From Coriobacteriaceae bacterium (GTDB lineage Bacteria; Actinomycetota; Coriobacteriia; Anaerosomatales; SLCP01): 64,000 bases of DNA. Shown in pieces: positions 9,418 to 19,256 of this stretch (the first letter of the stretch is position 1; each line of letters begins with the position of its first letter). The translations under genes and the position numbers were made by a program. The notes below the pieces were generated by a model. The model was not told the origin of the DNA, searched no databases, and saw nothing but the letters and a program-made list of their open reading frames with translations. The stretch is from the NCBI GenBank assembly GCA_003563465.1, contig PWVH01000128.1, positions 25,504-89,503 on the forward strand, read 5' to 3'.

Positions 9418-10644
9418 TCAGTCTCGAGAAAGGACTAGCGTTGCATTGTGGCCGCCGAACCCGAAGGAGTTGTTCATAGCAACGCGGACACGACCTTCGC
9501 GAGCCACATTTGCGACGTAGTCGAGATCGCATTCGGGGTCCGGGTTTTCGAGATTAATGGTGGGAGCGATGACGCCGGAATGAAGGGTGAGCGCGCAGAC
9601 GACAGTCTCGACGGCCCCAGCCCCCCCGAGAAGGTGGCCAGTCATGGACTTGGTCGAGGACACAGGCGGTGGGGCGACGCCGAAGACGGATTTGACCGCC
9701 CTGGTCTCTATGACATCTCCCTGCGGTGTAGAAGTACCGTGGGCATTGATATAATCGATATCGCTGGCAGATATCCCTGCCTGTGCTAGCGCATGACGCA
9801 TGGCTCGGATAGCTCCATCTCCTGAAGGCTCTGGCGCAGTTATGTGATGCGCGTCAGCTGTTGCGCCGTACCCGGTCACATACCCGTAGATCCGGACACC
9901 TCTCGCCAAAGCGCGCTCCTCGGCTTCGAGGACGATGATGCCGCACCCCTCCCCCATTACGAAGCCATCTCTGTCGGCGTCGAATGGCCGCGACGCCCGT
10001 TCCGGCTCGTCGTTGCGCGTCGAAAGGGCTCTAGCAGCTGAGAATCCAGCAAGCCCGATGGGGGTGATAGCGGCATCGACACCTCCGGCGATTATCACGT
10101 CTGCTTGGTCACGCCGAATCGCCTCGGCCGCTTCGCCGACGGCATGACAACCGGTCGCACAGGCTGAGACCGGAGAGTAGTTGATGCCTCGGGCTCCGGT
10201 GCGTATGGAGATCAGGCCGGCGGCGAGATCGACGATCATCATCGGAACGAGGAAAGGGCTGACTTTGCGTGGGCCTTCGGCGGCGAGCTTCTCGTACTGA
10301 TCCTCCATCACATGCAGTCCACCGATGCCGGATCCCACAATCACTCCGACACGATCCGCCTCCTCTTCGGTGAAGGTGAGTTCGGAGTCAGCGATGGCCT
10401 CGTCCGCAGCAACCAAGGCGAACTGCTGGAATCGTGCCATGCGGCGGGCTTCCTTCGGATTGAGTGTGGCTGAAGGGTCGAAGTCGTCGACGGTGGCGGC
10501 GAAACGAACAGGGAACTCGGATGTGTCGAAGTGCGTGATGTTTCTAGCACCGGAACGTCCAGAGACCAGACCCTCGTGGAACGCCTGTATTCCGAGACCG
10601 ATGGGCGAGATGACACCGAGCCCCGTTATGGCGATCCTTCTCAT
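9418..10644 (-). CDS. fabF: beta-ketoacyl-ACP synthase II
   Basis: Contains MRRIAITGLGVISPIG, an active-site Cys in VSACATG, HGTSTPQGD and GHLLGGAG. The start is set at ATG 10642-10644 (ATGA overlap with the upstream stop). The ORF-track start is 12 codons further upstream. Confidence 0.94.
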   Translation of the reverse strand: MRRIAITGLGVISPIGLGIQAFHEGLVSGRSGARNITHFDTSEFPVRFAATVDDFDPSATLNPKEARRMARFQQFALVAADEAIADSELTFTEEEADRVGVIVGSGIGGLHVMEDQYEKLAAEGPRKVSPFLVPMMIVDLAAGLISIRTGARGINYSPVSACATGCHAVGEAAEAIRRDQADVIIAGGVDAAITPIGLAGFSAARALSTRNDEPERASRPFDADRDGFVMGEGCGIIVLEAEERALARGVRIYGYVTGYGATADAHHITAPEPSGDGAIRAMRHALAQAGISASDIDYINAHGTSTPQGDVIETRAVKSVFGVAPPPVSSTKSMTGHLLGGAGAVETVVCALTLHSGVIAPTINLENPDPECDLDYVANVAREGRVRVAMNNSFGFGGHNATLVLSRD

Positions 10645-11603
10645 CGGTCCGGCCCCTCCTCTCTGACAGCAGCTCGCCACTCGGCCTGGAGTCGTTCCAT
10701 GAGAGAGGCGACCGATGGTACGTCGTGGATGCGTGCAGCCGAACTGCCGGCGAAGACTAGACCTTCATCAACGTCCCCACGCTGCGCCTTAATCAGGCGG
10801 TCGACGATGCAGTATTCCTTGCCGCACTTCTTGAGACAGGCGATGCACTTGCCTATAGGTTCGATATCGCCACGTGCAAGTCTGCGAGAAAACGGATTCT
10901 GGATCGCACGACCCGGCAGACCTACAGGACTCTTCACCAGCACGATGTCGCCGTCGGCCGCATTCACATACATCTGCTTGAAGGCTTCAGGGGCCGAGGA
11001 TTCCAGCGTCGCCGCGAAGCGCGACCCCATCTGCACACCCGCGGCGCCGGCATCCAGAGTCCGTGCGATGTCATCGCCTGTTACTACGCCACCAGCACCG
11101 ATCACAGGTATGTCCACGGCCTCGAGGATCTCGGGGAGGAGTTCAAGCATAGGACGATCGGTTCCCAAGTGACCGCCAGCCTCGACCCCCTCGACAACGA
11201 CGGCAGCAGCGCCGAAGCGTTCCGAAAGCTGGGCGACACGAGCAGATCCGACGATGGGGACGATCGGAACACCGGCCTCACGTCCCCAAGTGAAGATGTC
11301 ACGAGAGAAGCCAGCGCCTGCTATGACCAGGTCAGCTCGGGCCGCGATTGCGGAGAGCACCAGCTCCTTGAACTTGCGGACCGCCACCATGATGTTTACG
11401 CCAACCACACCGTCGGTGGCATCTCGGGCAGCACGGATCTCAGACGCCATCTCCTCGGGTTCCAGACCGGAACCAGCGATGATTCCTATGCCTCCGGCTT
11501 CAGCTACTGCAGCCGCCAAGGGTGACAAGGAAATGCGCACGGCCATGCCGCCCTGCACTATCGGTAGCCGAGCGGTCTTAGATCCGATGGTCAATGTCGG
11601 CAT
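10641..11603 (-). CDS. FMN-dependent NPD/nitronate-monooxygenase-family oxidoreductase, FabK-like (second enoyl-ACP reductase II paralog?)
   Basis: Contains PIVQGGMAVRIS, GGIGIIAG, VEGVEAGGHLG, and a C-terminal Cys cluster CIACLKKCGKEYC. It is embedded between acpP and fabF. The start is set at ATG 11601-11603 with a GGAGAGA RBS. Confidence 0.7.
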   Translation of the reverse strand: MPTLTIGSKTARLPIVQGGMAVRISLSPLAAAVAEAGGIGIIAGSGLEPEEMASEIRAARDATDGVVGVNIMVAVRKFKELVLSAIAARADLVIAGAGFSRDIFTWGREAGVPIVPIVGSARVAQLSERFGAAAVVVEGVEAGGHLGTDRPMLELLPEILEAVDIPVIGAGGVVTGDDIARTLDAGAAGVQMGSRFAATLESSAPEAFKQMYVNAADGDIVLVKSPVGLPGRAIQNPFSRRLARGDIEPIGKCIACLKKCGKEYCIVDRLIKAQRGDVDEGLVFAGSSAARIHDVPSVASLMERLQAEWRAAVREEGPDR

Positions 11604-11708
11604 CGCGATTACGGTGTCTCTCCGTTCGAAATCTATATAGAGGATTCCATCCGCCCCGGCCACCGATCGAAGCCTGTGTGCGGCCGAGGCGGGAATCGTT
11701 TGGGATCC

Positions 11709-11948
11709 TCAGGTGTGGGCCTCAATGTAGGACACCGAATCGCCAACGGTCCTGATTGACTCGACGTCCTCGTCAGGAATCGAGACGCCGAACTCAGTCT
11801 CGAGAGCCATGACGAGTTCGACCAAGTCGAGAGAGTCAGCACCGAGGTCGTCGACGAAAGCAGCCTCCTCGGTGACGTCTTCACGTTCGACATTGAGCTG
11901 TTCCACGATAACATCTACAACCTTCTCCAGGATCTCGTCACGTTCCAT
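11709..11948 (-). CDS. acpP: acyl carrier protein
   Basis: 79 aa with [16 protein letters not shown], which carries the phosphopantetheine-attachment Ser. Confidence 0.95.
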   Translation of the reverse strand: MERDEILEKVVDVIVEQLNVEREDVTEEAAFVDDLGADSLDLVELVMALETEFGVSIPDEDVESIRTVGDSVSYIEAHT

Positions 11949-12006
11949 CTATCTCACCACACCTCCCTTCGTGGTTCCTCGCAGTTATCGAAATCCGCTG
12001 GCCACT

Positions 12007-12762
12007 CTAGACGAACGTCATGCCCCCGTCGACGGCGAGAACCTGACCGGTGACGTAGCGGGCGTCATCGGAAGCAAGAAAGGCGACTGCTGCGGCAACG
12101 TCGGAAGGGGTGCCGAAGGTGCCCAACGCAATCTGCGAGAGAGCGCTTTCTCGCACTTTGTCTGGAAGCGATGCCGTCATGTCGGTCTCTATGAATCCGG
12201 GTGCGACAGCGTTCACCCGCACCGACCTGGACGCCAGCTCCTTCGCGACGGACTTCGTCAGGCCGATTAGTCCGGCTTTTGCCGAGGCATAGTTCGCCTG
12301 ACCCGCGTTTCCGACGAGTCCGACAACCGAGGCGATGTTCACGATCGAGCCCCGGCGCGCTTTCATCATCACCTTAGCAGCGGCCCGAGTCGCGAAGAAA
12401 GCCCCGGTGAGGTTCACTCGCAAGACAGCATCCCAGTCCTCGTCAGACATCCGGACCACAAGTCCGTCGCGAGCGATACCCGCATTGTTGACGAGGATGT
12501 CGAGGCCGCCGAGATGTTGAACGGTTGAGCTCACGAGATTCGAACACTCGTCCGGGCGAGATACATCTGCCTCAAGCGCCACAGCAACCCCCCCGCTCTC
12601 TTCGATCTCTGCGACCACAGCTGCAGCACCCTCGGTTCCGGGCGCGTAGTTGACTGCGATCGAGGCGCCTCTGGCGGCCAGAGTACGAGCAATCACGGCT
12701 CCTATCCCGCGAGAAGCTCCCGTGATCAATGCAGACCTACCAGCCAGATCGAGGGTACTCAT
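12007..12762 (-). CDS. fabG: 3-oxoacyl-ACP reductase
   Basis: SDR motifs TGASRGIG, NNAG and YASAKAG. It lies in the FAS-II cluster. Confidence 0.94.
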   Translation of the reverse strand: MSTLDLAGRSALITGASRGIGAVIARTLAARGASIAVNYAPGTEGAAAVVAEIEESGGVAVALEADVSRPDECSNLVSSTVQHLGGLDILVNNAGIARDGLVVRMSDEDWDAVLRVNLTGAFFATRAAAKVMMKARRGSIVNIASVVGLVGNAGQANYASAKAGLIGLTKSVAKELASRSVRVNAVAPGFIETDMTASLPDKVRESALSQIALGTFGTPSDVAAAVAFLASDDARYVTGQVLAVDGGMTFV

Positions 12763-13682
12763 TACAGGACCTCCTCAACAAGGGTCTTCAGATCGGTTTC
12801 CTCCACACTTATGGCGGGGAGGTTCTGAACCTTGCGCGCAAGACCCTTCAACACCGATCCAGGACCACTCTCGATGAGTGTGACCGGTGAGTATTCGGCC
12901 ATGGCGCGCATGGACTCCGTCCAGAGAACGGGTGATGTCATCTGTGCGTGGAGTGCGGAACGGATGGAGGCGGAATCGGTGCTTGGCTCTGGGCGGGAGT
13001 TCTGGATGACCGGGATATCGGCTTCATTGAGTTCGGTCTCGTCGAGTGTCTCTGAGAATCTTTCAGCGGCGCGGGACATCAATGGGGAATGGAACGGGCC
13101 AGCGACGTCCAGGTCGACGATGCGGCGAGCGCCTCCCGCAGTAAGCATGTCCCTCGCTTGAGCGACGCCTTCGTGTGTTCCGGAGACGACCACCTGTTCA
13201 GGTGAGTTATGGTTTGCCACCCATACGTCTTCGAGGTCGCCGATAGCATGAGCTACCGCTGCGTGATCGAGTCCCAGGCACGCGGCCATGGTACCGGGGG
13301 TGTCTTCAGCAGTCTGCGCCATCAATCGCGAACGTCGACATACGAGTTCGAGTCCGGCCTCGACAGAGTAGACGCCTGCGATAGAAAGCGCCGCCAGTTC
13401 TCCGAGGCTGTGTCCTGCGACGGCGACGGGTTTCACCCCGACATCCAAGAGGGCACTCCCCCACGCCCAGTCTGCTAGGTAGAGGAGCGGCTGGGCCACA
13501 CGGGTGTCCGATATCTCTGCGGCGCTGCCCTCGTATGCCAGACGTCTGAGTTCGTATCCGGTGAGAGCCTCGGCGGCATCGAGAAGTCGTTCGAGATTGT
13601 CGGACTCAGGGATGGCATCCAGCATGCCTCGGCGCTGGGAGCCCTGGCCGGGAAAGGCGAAGACGACACTACTTCGGCTCAC
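12762..13682 (-). CDS. fabD: malonyl-CoA:ACP transacylase
   Basis: Contains FPGQGSQ and the GHSLGE active-site Ser. The start is set at GTG 13680-13682, which overlaps the fabK stop (GTGA). The ORF track begins 9 codons earlier. Confidence 0.92.
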   Translation of the reverse strand: MSRSSVVFAFPGQGSQRRGMLDAIPESDNLERLLDAAEALTGYELRRLAYEGSAAEISDTRVAQPLLYLADWAWGSALLDVGVKPVAVAGHSLGELAALSIAGVYSVEAGLELVCRRSRLMAQTAEDTPGTMAACLGLDHAAVAHAIGDLEDVWVANHNSPEQVVVSGTHEGVAQARDMLTAGGARRIVDLDVAGPFHSPLMSRAAERFSETLDETELNEADIPVIQNSRPEPSTDSASIRSALHAQMTSPVLWTESMRAMAEYSPVTLIESGPGSVLKGLARKVQNLPAISVEETDLKTLVEEVL

Positions 13683-14635
13683 GAGCAGGCCTTTCCGAAC
13701 GTGGCACACAGTTTCGAGCTCGTTTGCTCCGCCTCGGCGATCATCTCTGAGACTATATCCGCAGCAGGCTGGATCCGGTTTACCATGGCACTACACTGAC
13801 CAGCCATGATGCTGCCCATGTCGACATCACCTTCGCGCATGCACAGCGATAGTTTCCCGGTTCCGAGTCGCTCGAGATCCTCAACGCGATTCTCTCTGTC
13901 GAGCTCGGTAAGCATCCTGGATAGGCGATTCTTGAGCACTCTGACCGGGTGTCCGGTGGAGTAGCCGGTGACTACGGTATCTCGATCGCGCGCCTTCAAG
14001 ATGCGAGCTTTGACATCGGAATGGATCGTACATTCGGAAGCACACATGAATCGGGTACCGACCTGGACCCCCTCGGCACCTAAGGCGAAAGCTGCCGCCA
14101 TGCCGCGTCCATCTGCGATGCCGCCTGCGGCGATCACCGGGATTTCGACCGCATCGGCCAGTTGAGGAGTGAGCACCATGGTGGTGAGTTCGCCGATATG
14201 TCCCCCCGCCTCCATTCCCTCTCCTATGATTGCGTTTGCCCCCATCGATTCCAAGCGTCTTGCGAGAGCTATGCTCGGGGCTACGGGCAGCACTCTGATG
14301 TCACGCTCGTGCAGCGCTGTCATATACTTTCCAGGATTGCCGGCTCCGGTGGTGACAGCGTGGACTCTCTCTTCCAAGACCAGTTCCACGAGTTCATCGA
14401 TGTGGGGCGTAAGAAGCATCAGGTTGACTCCGAAGGGCTTGTCGGTAAGCTCCTTAGCCAGTCGGATCTGATCGCGCAAAGTGGCAGTGGGCATATGGCC
14501 TGCACCTATGACACCTAAGCCGCCGGCGTTACTTACCGCCGCCGAAAGCTCGGCCGTAGCCGTCCAAGCCATCCCGCCTTGGATTATGGGGTGTTCGATT
14601 CCGAGGAGTTCGGTGAGTCGGGTCCGAAAGGCCAT
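13679..14635 (-). CDS. fabK: enoyl-ACP reductase II (FMN-dependent, FabK type)
   Basis: Contains IEHPIIQGGMAWTATAEL, GGLGVIGAG and GMEAGGHIGE. It lies between fabH and fabD as in streptococcal and clostridial FAS clusters. Confidence 0.85.
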   Translation of the reverse strand: MAFRTRLTELLGIEHPIIQGGMAWTATAELSAAVSNAGGLGVIGAGHMPTATLRDQIRLAKELTDKPFGVNLMLLTPHIDELVELVLEERVHAVTTGAGNPGKYMTALHERDIRVLPVAPSIALARRLESMGANAIIGEGMEAGGHIGELTTMVLTPQLADAVEIPVIAAGGIADGRGMAAAFALGAEGVQVGTRFMCASECTIHSDVKARILKARDRDTVVTGYSTGHPVRVLKNRLSRMLTELDRENRVEDLERLGTGKLSLCMREGDVDMGSIMAGQCSAMVNRIQPAADIVSEMIAEAEQTSSKLCATFGKACS

Positions 14636-15640
14636 CTAACCCTCCTTACTCTGTGTCGCCTTAGTCCAGCGAACAACGGCGGCCCCCCAGGTTAGTCCGG
14701 CCCCGAATCCGACGAGTGCCAGTATGTCTCCGTTGGCGATTCGGCCGCTAGTATACAGGTCGTCAAGAGCGAGCGGTATCGATGCCGCCGAGGTATTGCC
14801 AGTATCGTGCACGTGGCTGAACACTCGATCGGAAGGTATGCCGAGACGCTGACCGACGGTGTTGAGGATACGCTGGTTGGCCTGATGGGGAACGAGCCAA
14901 TCGAGGTCTCCGAGTTCGAGCCCGCTCGCCTCGAGAGCCTGCCTGGTAGCTGTCGGTATCGCATTAACCGCGAAACGAAACACCTCGTTGCCGTTCATGC
15001 GGACATAGTGGAGGCGTGAATCCAGCAGTGAGTGAGTTGCAGGCATAGCGGAGCCGCCGCCGGGTATCTTGAGCAGGTCGGCACCGGAACCATCCGTTCC
15101 AAGCACTATGCCCATCACACCTGGTTCATCGCTTCTCTCCAGAACCACTGCTCCGGCCGCGTCTCCGAAGAGCACGCATGTGGCACGGTCGGTGAAATCT
15201 ATATGTCGGGTGAGAGCATCCGCGCCAGCTACGAGTACTCGGCGAGCCCGGCCAGATTCTATCGCCGAAACTCCTGAGTGCATCCCGAATATGAATCCTG
15301 TGCAGGCAGCATTGAGATCGTAAGCCGGGCAGGTCATTCCGAGCCGGTTCTGCACTAGACATGCGGTGGCCGGAAAGATCATGTCAGGACTCGAGGTGCC
15401 TACAATCAGCAGGTCGATGTCTGCAGGAGTGAGTTCGGCGTTGTCCAGTGCGCGAGACGCGGCTATAGCAGCCAGGTCGGAGGTGGCCTGTCCCTCCTCG
15501 GCTATGCGACGTTCGCTGATACCCGTGCGTGCAATGATCCACTCGTCGGACGTCTCCACCATATTCTCGAGATCGGCGTTCGTGAGAATACGTTCAGGCA
15601 GGTAGGAGCCGATGCCGGCAATGTGGGCGACGGTGGTCAT
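14636..15640 (-). CDS. fabH: beta-ketoacyl-ACP synthase III
   Basis: The conserved protein starts MTTVAHIAGIGSYLPE. It has the active-site Cys in NAACTGF, plus HQANQRI and GFGAGLTWG. The 73-codon upstream extension in the ORF track is His/Pro/Ser-rich and unconserved-looking. Confidence 0.93.
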   Translation of the reverse strand: MTTVAHIAGIGSYLPERILTNADLENMVETSDEWIIARTGISERRIAEEGQATSDLAAIAASRALDNAELTPADIDLLIVGTSSPDMIFPATACLVQNRLGMTCPAYDLNAACTGFIFGMHSGVSAIESGRARRVLVAGADALTRHIDFTDRATCVLFGDAAGAVVLERSDEPGVMGIVLGTDGSGADLLKIPGGGSAMPATHSLLDSRLHYVRMNGNEVFRFAVNAIPTATRQALEASGLELGDLDWLVPHQANQRILNTVGQRLGIPSDRVFSHVHDTGNTSAASIPLALDDLYTSGRIANGDILALVGFGAGLTWGAAVVRWTKATQSKEG

Positions 15641-15732
15641 ACGGCGTGTGCTCTCCTGGAGAAGACAATCATGCGGGATAGGTGTCCGAGTAGTGTACAC
15701 GTCGTCCGGGTTAGCGGAAAGTGGCGACGGAT

Positions 15733-16737
15733 TCACGTTTCGCGGGGAATGACCGCTCCGGCTATGTGCGTGGTGAGCTGTTCGCGAACTGCTCGGGTTG
15801 AAACCTGGAGAGCGGCGGCGACCGCAGGGGTCTTCGAAGACCCATGCCCGATGATGCAAATGCCGTCAACCCCGAGCAGAGGAGCCCCGCCGTATGTGTC
15901 CGGATCGAAGCGAGACCTCAGTGCGCGCATGGAGGGTGCGATGACGGCGGCGGCCAGGCGCCTTGGCGCCGAGGAAGTCATAGCTTGCTTCACTTGAGCG
16001 AACAGAGTCCCGGAAACTCCTTCGAGCAGTTTCAGCACGACGTTGCCGGTGAACCCATCTGTGACGATTACGTCGGCGTTGCCTTTAAGGAGATCGTGTC
16101 CCTCGATGTTTCCGAGGAATCCGGGAATCTGGTCGCTCATCAATGCGTGGGTTTCGATAGAGAGCTGAGAGCCCTTGGCAGGCTCCTCCCCGATGCTGAG
16201 TAGGAAGATGCGAGGGTTTCGGACGCCTAGAACGGTCCTAGCGTAAGCGGATCCCATGTGTGCGAAATGCACGAGATGATCCGGCTTGCAGTCGGCAGTG
16301 GCTCCGACGTCGAGAAGCACCGTGGGTGAGCCTATGGTAGGGAGAACAGCCGCGATGGCCGGACGTGCGATTCCTGGGATACGGCCCATGATGAGCGTCG
16401 CTGCGGCCATACAGGCTCCAGTGGAGCCTGCAGAGAAGAAAGCTTCTGCAGCTGTTTCCCTTACGAGCCGGCAGCCCACCACGATCGACGAGTCCGTCTT
16501 CTTGCGGACTGCAGAAGCGGAGTTCTCATCCATGCCGATGATCTCTGTGGTGGGATGTGTGCTGGCATTCTCATATGCGTCTGCGAACGGCTCCACTACT
16601 TCGGCAGGCCCGGTCAGTATTACTCTCAAATCGGGATCGTCGGCCAGGGCGACGGCTACACCGGCGAGTATCTCGCCGGGAGCATGGTCTCCGCCCATCG
16701 CATCCACTACGACGCGAACCACGCGCCGGTGCTCCAT
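15733..16737 (-). CDS. plsX: phosphate:acyl-ACP acyltransferase PlsX
   Basis: Contains VVVDAMGGDHAP, a GAGGAGG RBS, and rpmF-plsX-fabH synteny. Confidence 0.95.
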   Translation of the reverse strand: MEHRRVVRVVVDAMGGDHAPGEILAGVAVALADDPDLRVILTGPAEVVEPFADAYENASTHPTTEIIGMDENSASAVRKKTDSSIVVGCRLVRETAAEAFFSAGSTGACMAAATLIMGRIPGIARPAIAAVLPTIGSPTVLLDVGATADCKPDHLVHFAHMGSAYARTVLGVRNPRIFLLSIGEEPAKGSQLSIETHALMSDQIPGFLGNIEGHDLLKGNADVIVTDGFTGNVVLKLLEGVSGTLFAQVKQAMTSSAPRRLAAAVIAPSMRALRSRFDPDTYGGAPLLGVDGICIIGHGSSKTPAVAAALQVSTRAVREQLTTHIAGAVIPRET

Positions 16738-16857
16738 CGAAGACCTCCTCGATGTCGTGTGAGATCTCGATCGATCAGCTTACGAAGGCGCCAGGAAAAG
16801 GGTCGTGATCGAACTCCGCCTAGAGCGCATCGCGTCTACGAAACCTCGAACCCCGAG

Positions 16858-17034
16858 CTACTCGGTGTCGATGACTTCCTTGCCCTTGTAGTACCCACAC
16901 TCGGGGCAAACGCGGTGAGGAAGCTTAGGCTGATGGCATTGGGGGCACACGGACCTGGGCGGACAATCGACCGAGTGAGTGGCCCGGCGGGAGTCGCGCA
17001 GCGCCCGCGATTTCTTTCGCTTGGGAACAGGCAT
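16858..17034 (-). CDS. rpmF: 50S ribosomal protein L32
   Basis: MPVPKRKKSRALRDSRRATH plus a CPQC...CPEC zinc ribbon. The start is set at the internal ATG (codon 56 of the 113-aa ORF). Confidence 0.9.
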   Translation of the reverse strand: MPVPKRKKSRALRDSRRATHSVDCPPRSVCPQCHQPKLPHRVCPECGYYKGKEVIDTE

Positions 17035-17149
17035 TCTATCTCCTTCTTCAGACGCGGCGCTCCGAGGCGGAACATAGGTGCTATCTGACGCGATGTAGGA
17101 AGCGGCACGGCGGAACACTATAACACAGGCGATTGCTTTGGGACTCGCG

Positions 17150-17683
17150 CTACCTTTCGTCGGGTGGGAGCAGTTCCTTGAGGATAGCGAAGGGCCCATC
17201 CGGTTCGGGCTTTGCGGCCTGCTCGCATGAGCATTCTTCTACGTTGAGATCGCAACCGCAGGTAGGGCAGATGCCCAGACATGCCGGGTCATGTAGGGGT
17301 GCGAACGGAATCTCCATACTGAGAGCGCTAAGCATCGCAGGCATGAGGTCGACGCGGTCTCCCTCGAGCGGATACCACTCCTGTTCGTCAGGGGGATCTT
17401 CGGCGATCGGTCGGCTGACGACAGCCTTGATCGATCCGGTGAGCACGATATCGAACGGTTCGAGACAGCGGGAGCAATCCAGGCGAGCGGTTCCTACGAC
17501 CGTTCCGTCGACTAGAATCGCTTCACCAGTATTTGTGAGAATGGCGTGCAGATGGGGTCGCTCGGCAAAGAGGACGAGGGAGTCGCCGACGGTGATGGAT
17601 TCAAGAGGGACGTCCTCATCGAGTTCGAGGGTGGCGGCGGCCTCACCGACTATCGGCGAGACGTCGATCATGAAGGTGTTCAT
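17150..17683 (-). CDS. yceD: DUF177/YceD-family protein (23S rRNA accumulation protein)
   Basis: 177 aa, acidic, with a C-terminal Cys cluster CLGICPTCGCDLNVEECSC. It is in the conserved position immediately upstream of rpmF. Confidence 0.85.
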   Translation of the reverse strand: MNTFMIDVSPIVGEAAATLELDEDVPLESITVGDSLVLFAERPHLHAILTNTGEAILVDGTVVGTARLDCSRCLEPFDIVLTGSIKAVVSRPIAEDPPDEQEWYPLEGDRVDLMPAMLSALSMEIPFAPLHDPACLGICPTCGCDLNVEECSCEQAAKPEPDGPFAILKELLPPDER

Positions 17684-17685
17684 CG

Positions 17686-18153
17686 CTATCGCTGCTGAGC
17701 GCCGCCGGTAACCTTGCCCTGCAGACGATCGCGGCCGCGCTGCACGGCAGTAAGAAGCTTCCCGAGGTTCACCTCTAGGTTGGCGAGCATCTCGTCGGCG
17801 TAGTCCTCAGCTCCCAATCGGATCTCACGCTCTTTGGTTCGAGCATCGTCCATGATACTGGCGGCTTGCTGCTCCGCCAGTTTGACGACTTCTTGCTCGC
17901 TGGCCAGCGCTTGGGCCCGGTCCCTGGCATCCTCAAGGATACGGTTTGCCTCTTTCTCAGCCTCTTCTAGCATCTCTTGGCGCTCCTTGACGATCCAGCG
18001 AGCTTGTTTCAGCTCATCGGGGAATTGCGCACGGATCTCGTCGATGATCTCGTAGACCTTCTCGGGATCGACCATCTTCGAGCCGGTGAGCGGCACAGAG
18101 CGTCCGTTGTCGACGAGCTCTTCGATTCTGTCGATCAGGGCCATGATATCCAT
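17686..18153 (-). CDS. coiled-coil protein resembling ATP-synthase b/E-like 'ATPase' family, function unknown
   Basis: 155 aa and Glu/Arg/Ala-rich with heptad character (EEAEKEANRILEDARDRAQAL). It lies between coaD and yceD, as do similar small proteins in Clostridia. Confidence 0.5.
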   Translation of the reverse strand: MDIMALIDRIEELVDNGRSVPLTGSKMVDPEKVYEIIDEIRAQFPDELKQARWIVKERQEMLEEAEKEANRILEDARDRAQALASEQEVVKLAEQQAASIMDDARTKEREIRLGAEDYADEMLANLEVNLGKLLTAVQRGRDRLQGKVTGGAQQR

Positions 18154-18657
18154 CTAAGTCCTCCCTTGACGGGATTCGACAAGACGTTCGGCGAGAGCGT
18201 CGTATACCTGCTGAGGCACCAGGCCCTCCACCGGTCCGCCATGACGGGCGATCTCCTTGACTGCCGAAGAACTCAAGTACATGTACTCAGGAATGGCCAT
18301 TATGAACATCGTCTCTATATCTGGCGAAATCCGATAGTTCAGTTGGGCCATCTGGAATTCGCGTTCGAAGTCCGTGACTGCTCGCAAACCCTTGATGATC
18401 ACAGAAGCGCCGACTTCTGACGCGAATTCCACCAAAAGAGTATCAAAAGGTCGCACCCACACGTTGCGCAGGTGCTCGGTAGCCGTTTCGATGAAGTCGC
18501 ATCTCTCATCTATCGAGAAGAGAGGCCCGCCCCCTTTGTCCGGGCTGAGTGCAACCGCGACGACCAGTTCATCCAGAAGGGCAGCGGCCCGTTCTATTAT
18601 GTCGATATGACCGGAGGTCACAGGGTCAAAGGTGCCAGGGCACATCCCGCGTTTCAT
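18154..18657 (-). CDS. coaD: phosphopantetheine adenylyltransferase
   Basis: CPGTFDPVTSGHIDIIERA nucleotidyltransferase motif. The start is set at ATG codon 30 of the ORF, a 4-nt overlap with the rsmD stop. Confidence 0.93.
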   Translation of the reverse strand: MKRGMCPGTFDPVTSGHIDIIERAAALLDELVVAVALSPDKGGGPLFSIDERCDFIETATEHLRNVWVRPFDTLLVEFASEVGASVIIKGLRAVTDFEREFQMAQLNYRISPDIETMFIMAIPEYMYLSSSAVKEIARHGGPVEGLVPQQVYDALAERLVESRQGRT

Positions 18658-19256
18658 CCGGTCATCTCCCCTCTCCAGATCGCAATGTCTACAATCGTGT
18701 CCCCATAGCGGCGTTCGCCCACGGGTTCGAAGGCAGATGGCCACTCTGGGCTCTCGGCGGCGTCATGCTCCCACACCACGACTGCATGAGGCGACAGGAC
18801 GCCGAGTTCGGCCAGAGCCACCACTGCTCTTCTGACCTCGGACTTGTTGATTCTATAGGGAGGGTCGATAAAGAGCAACGAAAACGGTCCGCCAGCGATG
18901 CTACGGCGAGAGAGATGAACGAGCAGCTCCCCTGGGATCACTGTCGCCCTACCGTGAAGCTCCAAGGTGTCGAGATTGTGCCTGAGCGCAGAAAGGGCGT
19001 GCCTGTCGCGTTCTACGAAAGTGGCGTGATCTGCTCCACGAGAGAGTGCTTCTATGCCGAGGGCACCGCTCCCGGCAAAAGCATCCAGCACCGACGGTCG
19101 GCCGAGGTCAGGACCTAACATCGAAGCAAGTCGGGAGAAGAGGGCCTCTCTGACACGGTCCGAAGTGGGGCGGGTGGCAAGACCCCGTGGGGCGACAAGA
19201 CGCCTGCCTCCGTGTGTTCCGGCGATAACCCTCAACCGCTGCTCACCCGATCCCAT
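18654..19256 (-). CDS. rsmD: 16S rRNA (guanine966-N2)-methyltransferase RsmD
   Basis: Contains LDAFAGSGALGIEALSRGA and FIDPPY. It shows rsmD-coaD synteny. The exact start is uncertain because the ORF overlaps the recG 3' end. Confidence 0.88.
   Translation of the reverse strand: MGSGEQRLRVIAGTHGGRRLVAPRGLATRPTSDRVREALFSRLASMLGPDLGRPSVLDAFAGSGALGIEALSRGADHATFVERDRHALSALRHNLDTLELHGRATVIPGELLVHLSRRSIAGGPFSLLFIDPPYRINKSEVRRAVVALAELGVLSPHAVVVWEHDAAESPEWPSAFEPVGERRYGDTIVDIAIWRGEMTG

Noticed and set aside
15641-15859. Long N-terminal extensions in the ORF track for fabH (73 codons), metK (36), ribD (32), fakA (32), rpmF (55), coaD (29), rpmB (28), the FmdB gene (26) and the DtxR-family gene (26).
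   Set aside because: The conserved protein N-termini begin at internal starts with good RBSs or stop/start overlaps. Two of the extensions, metK and ribD, would run through riboswitch sequence.
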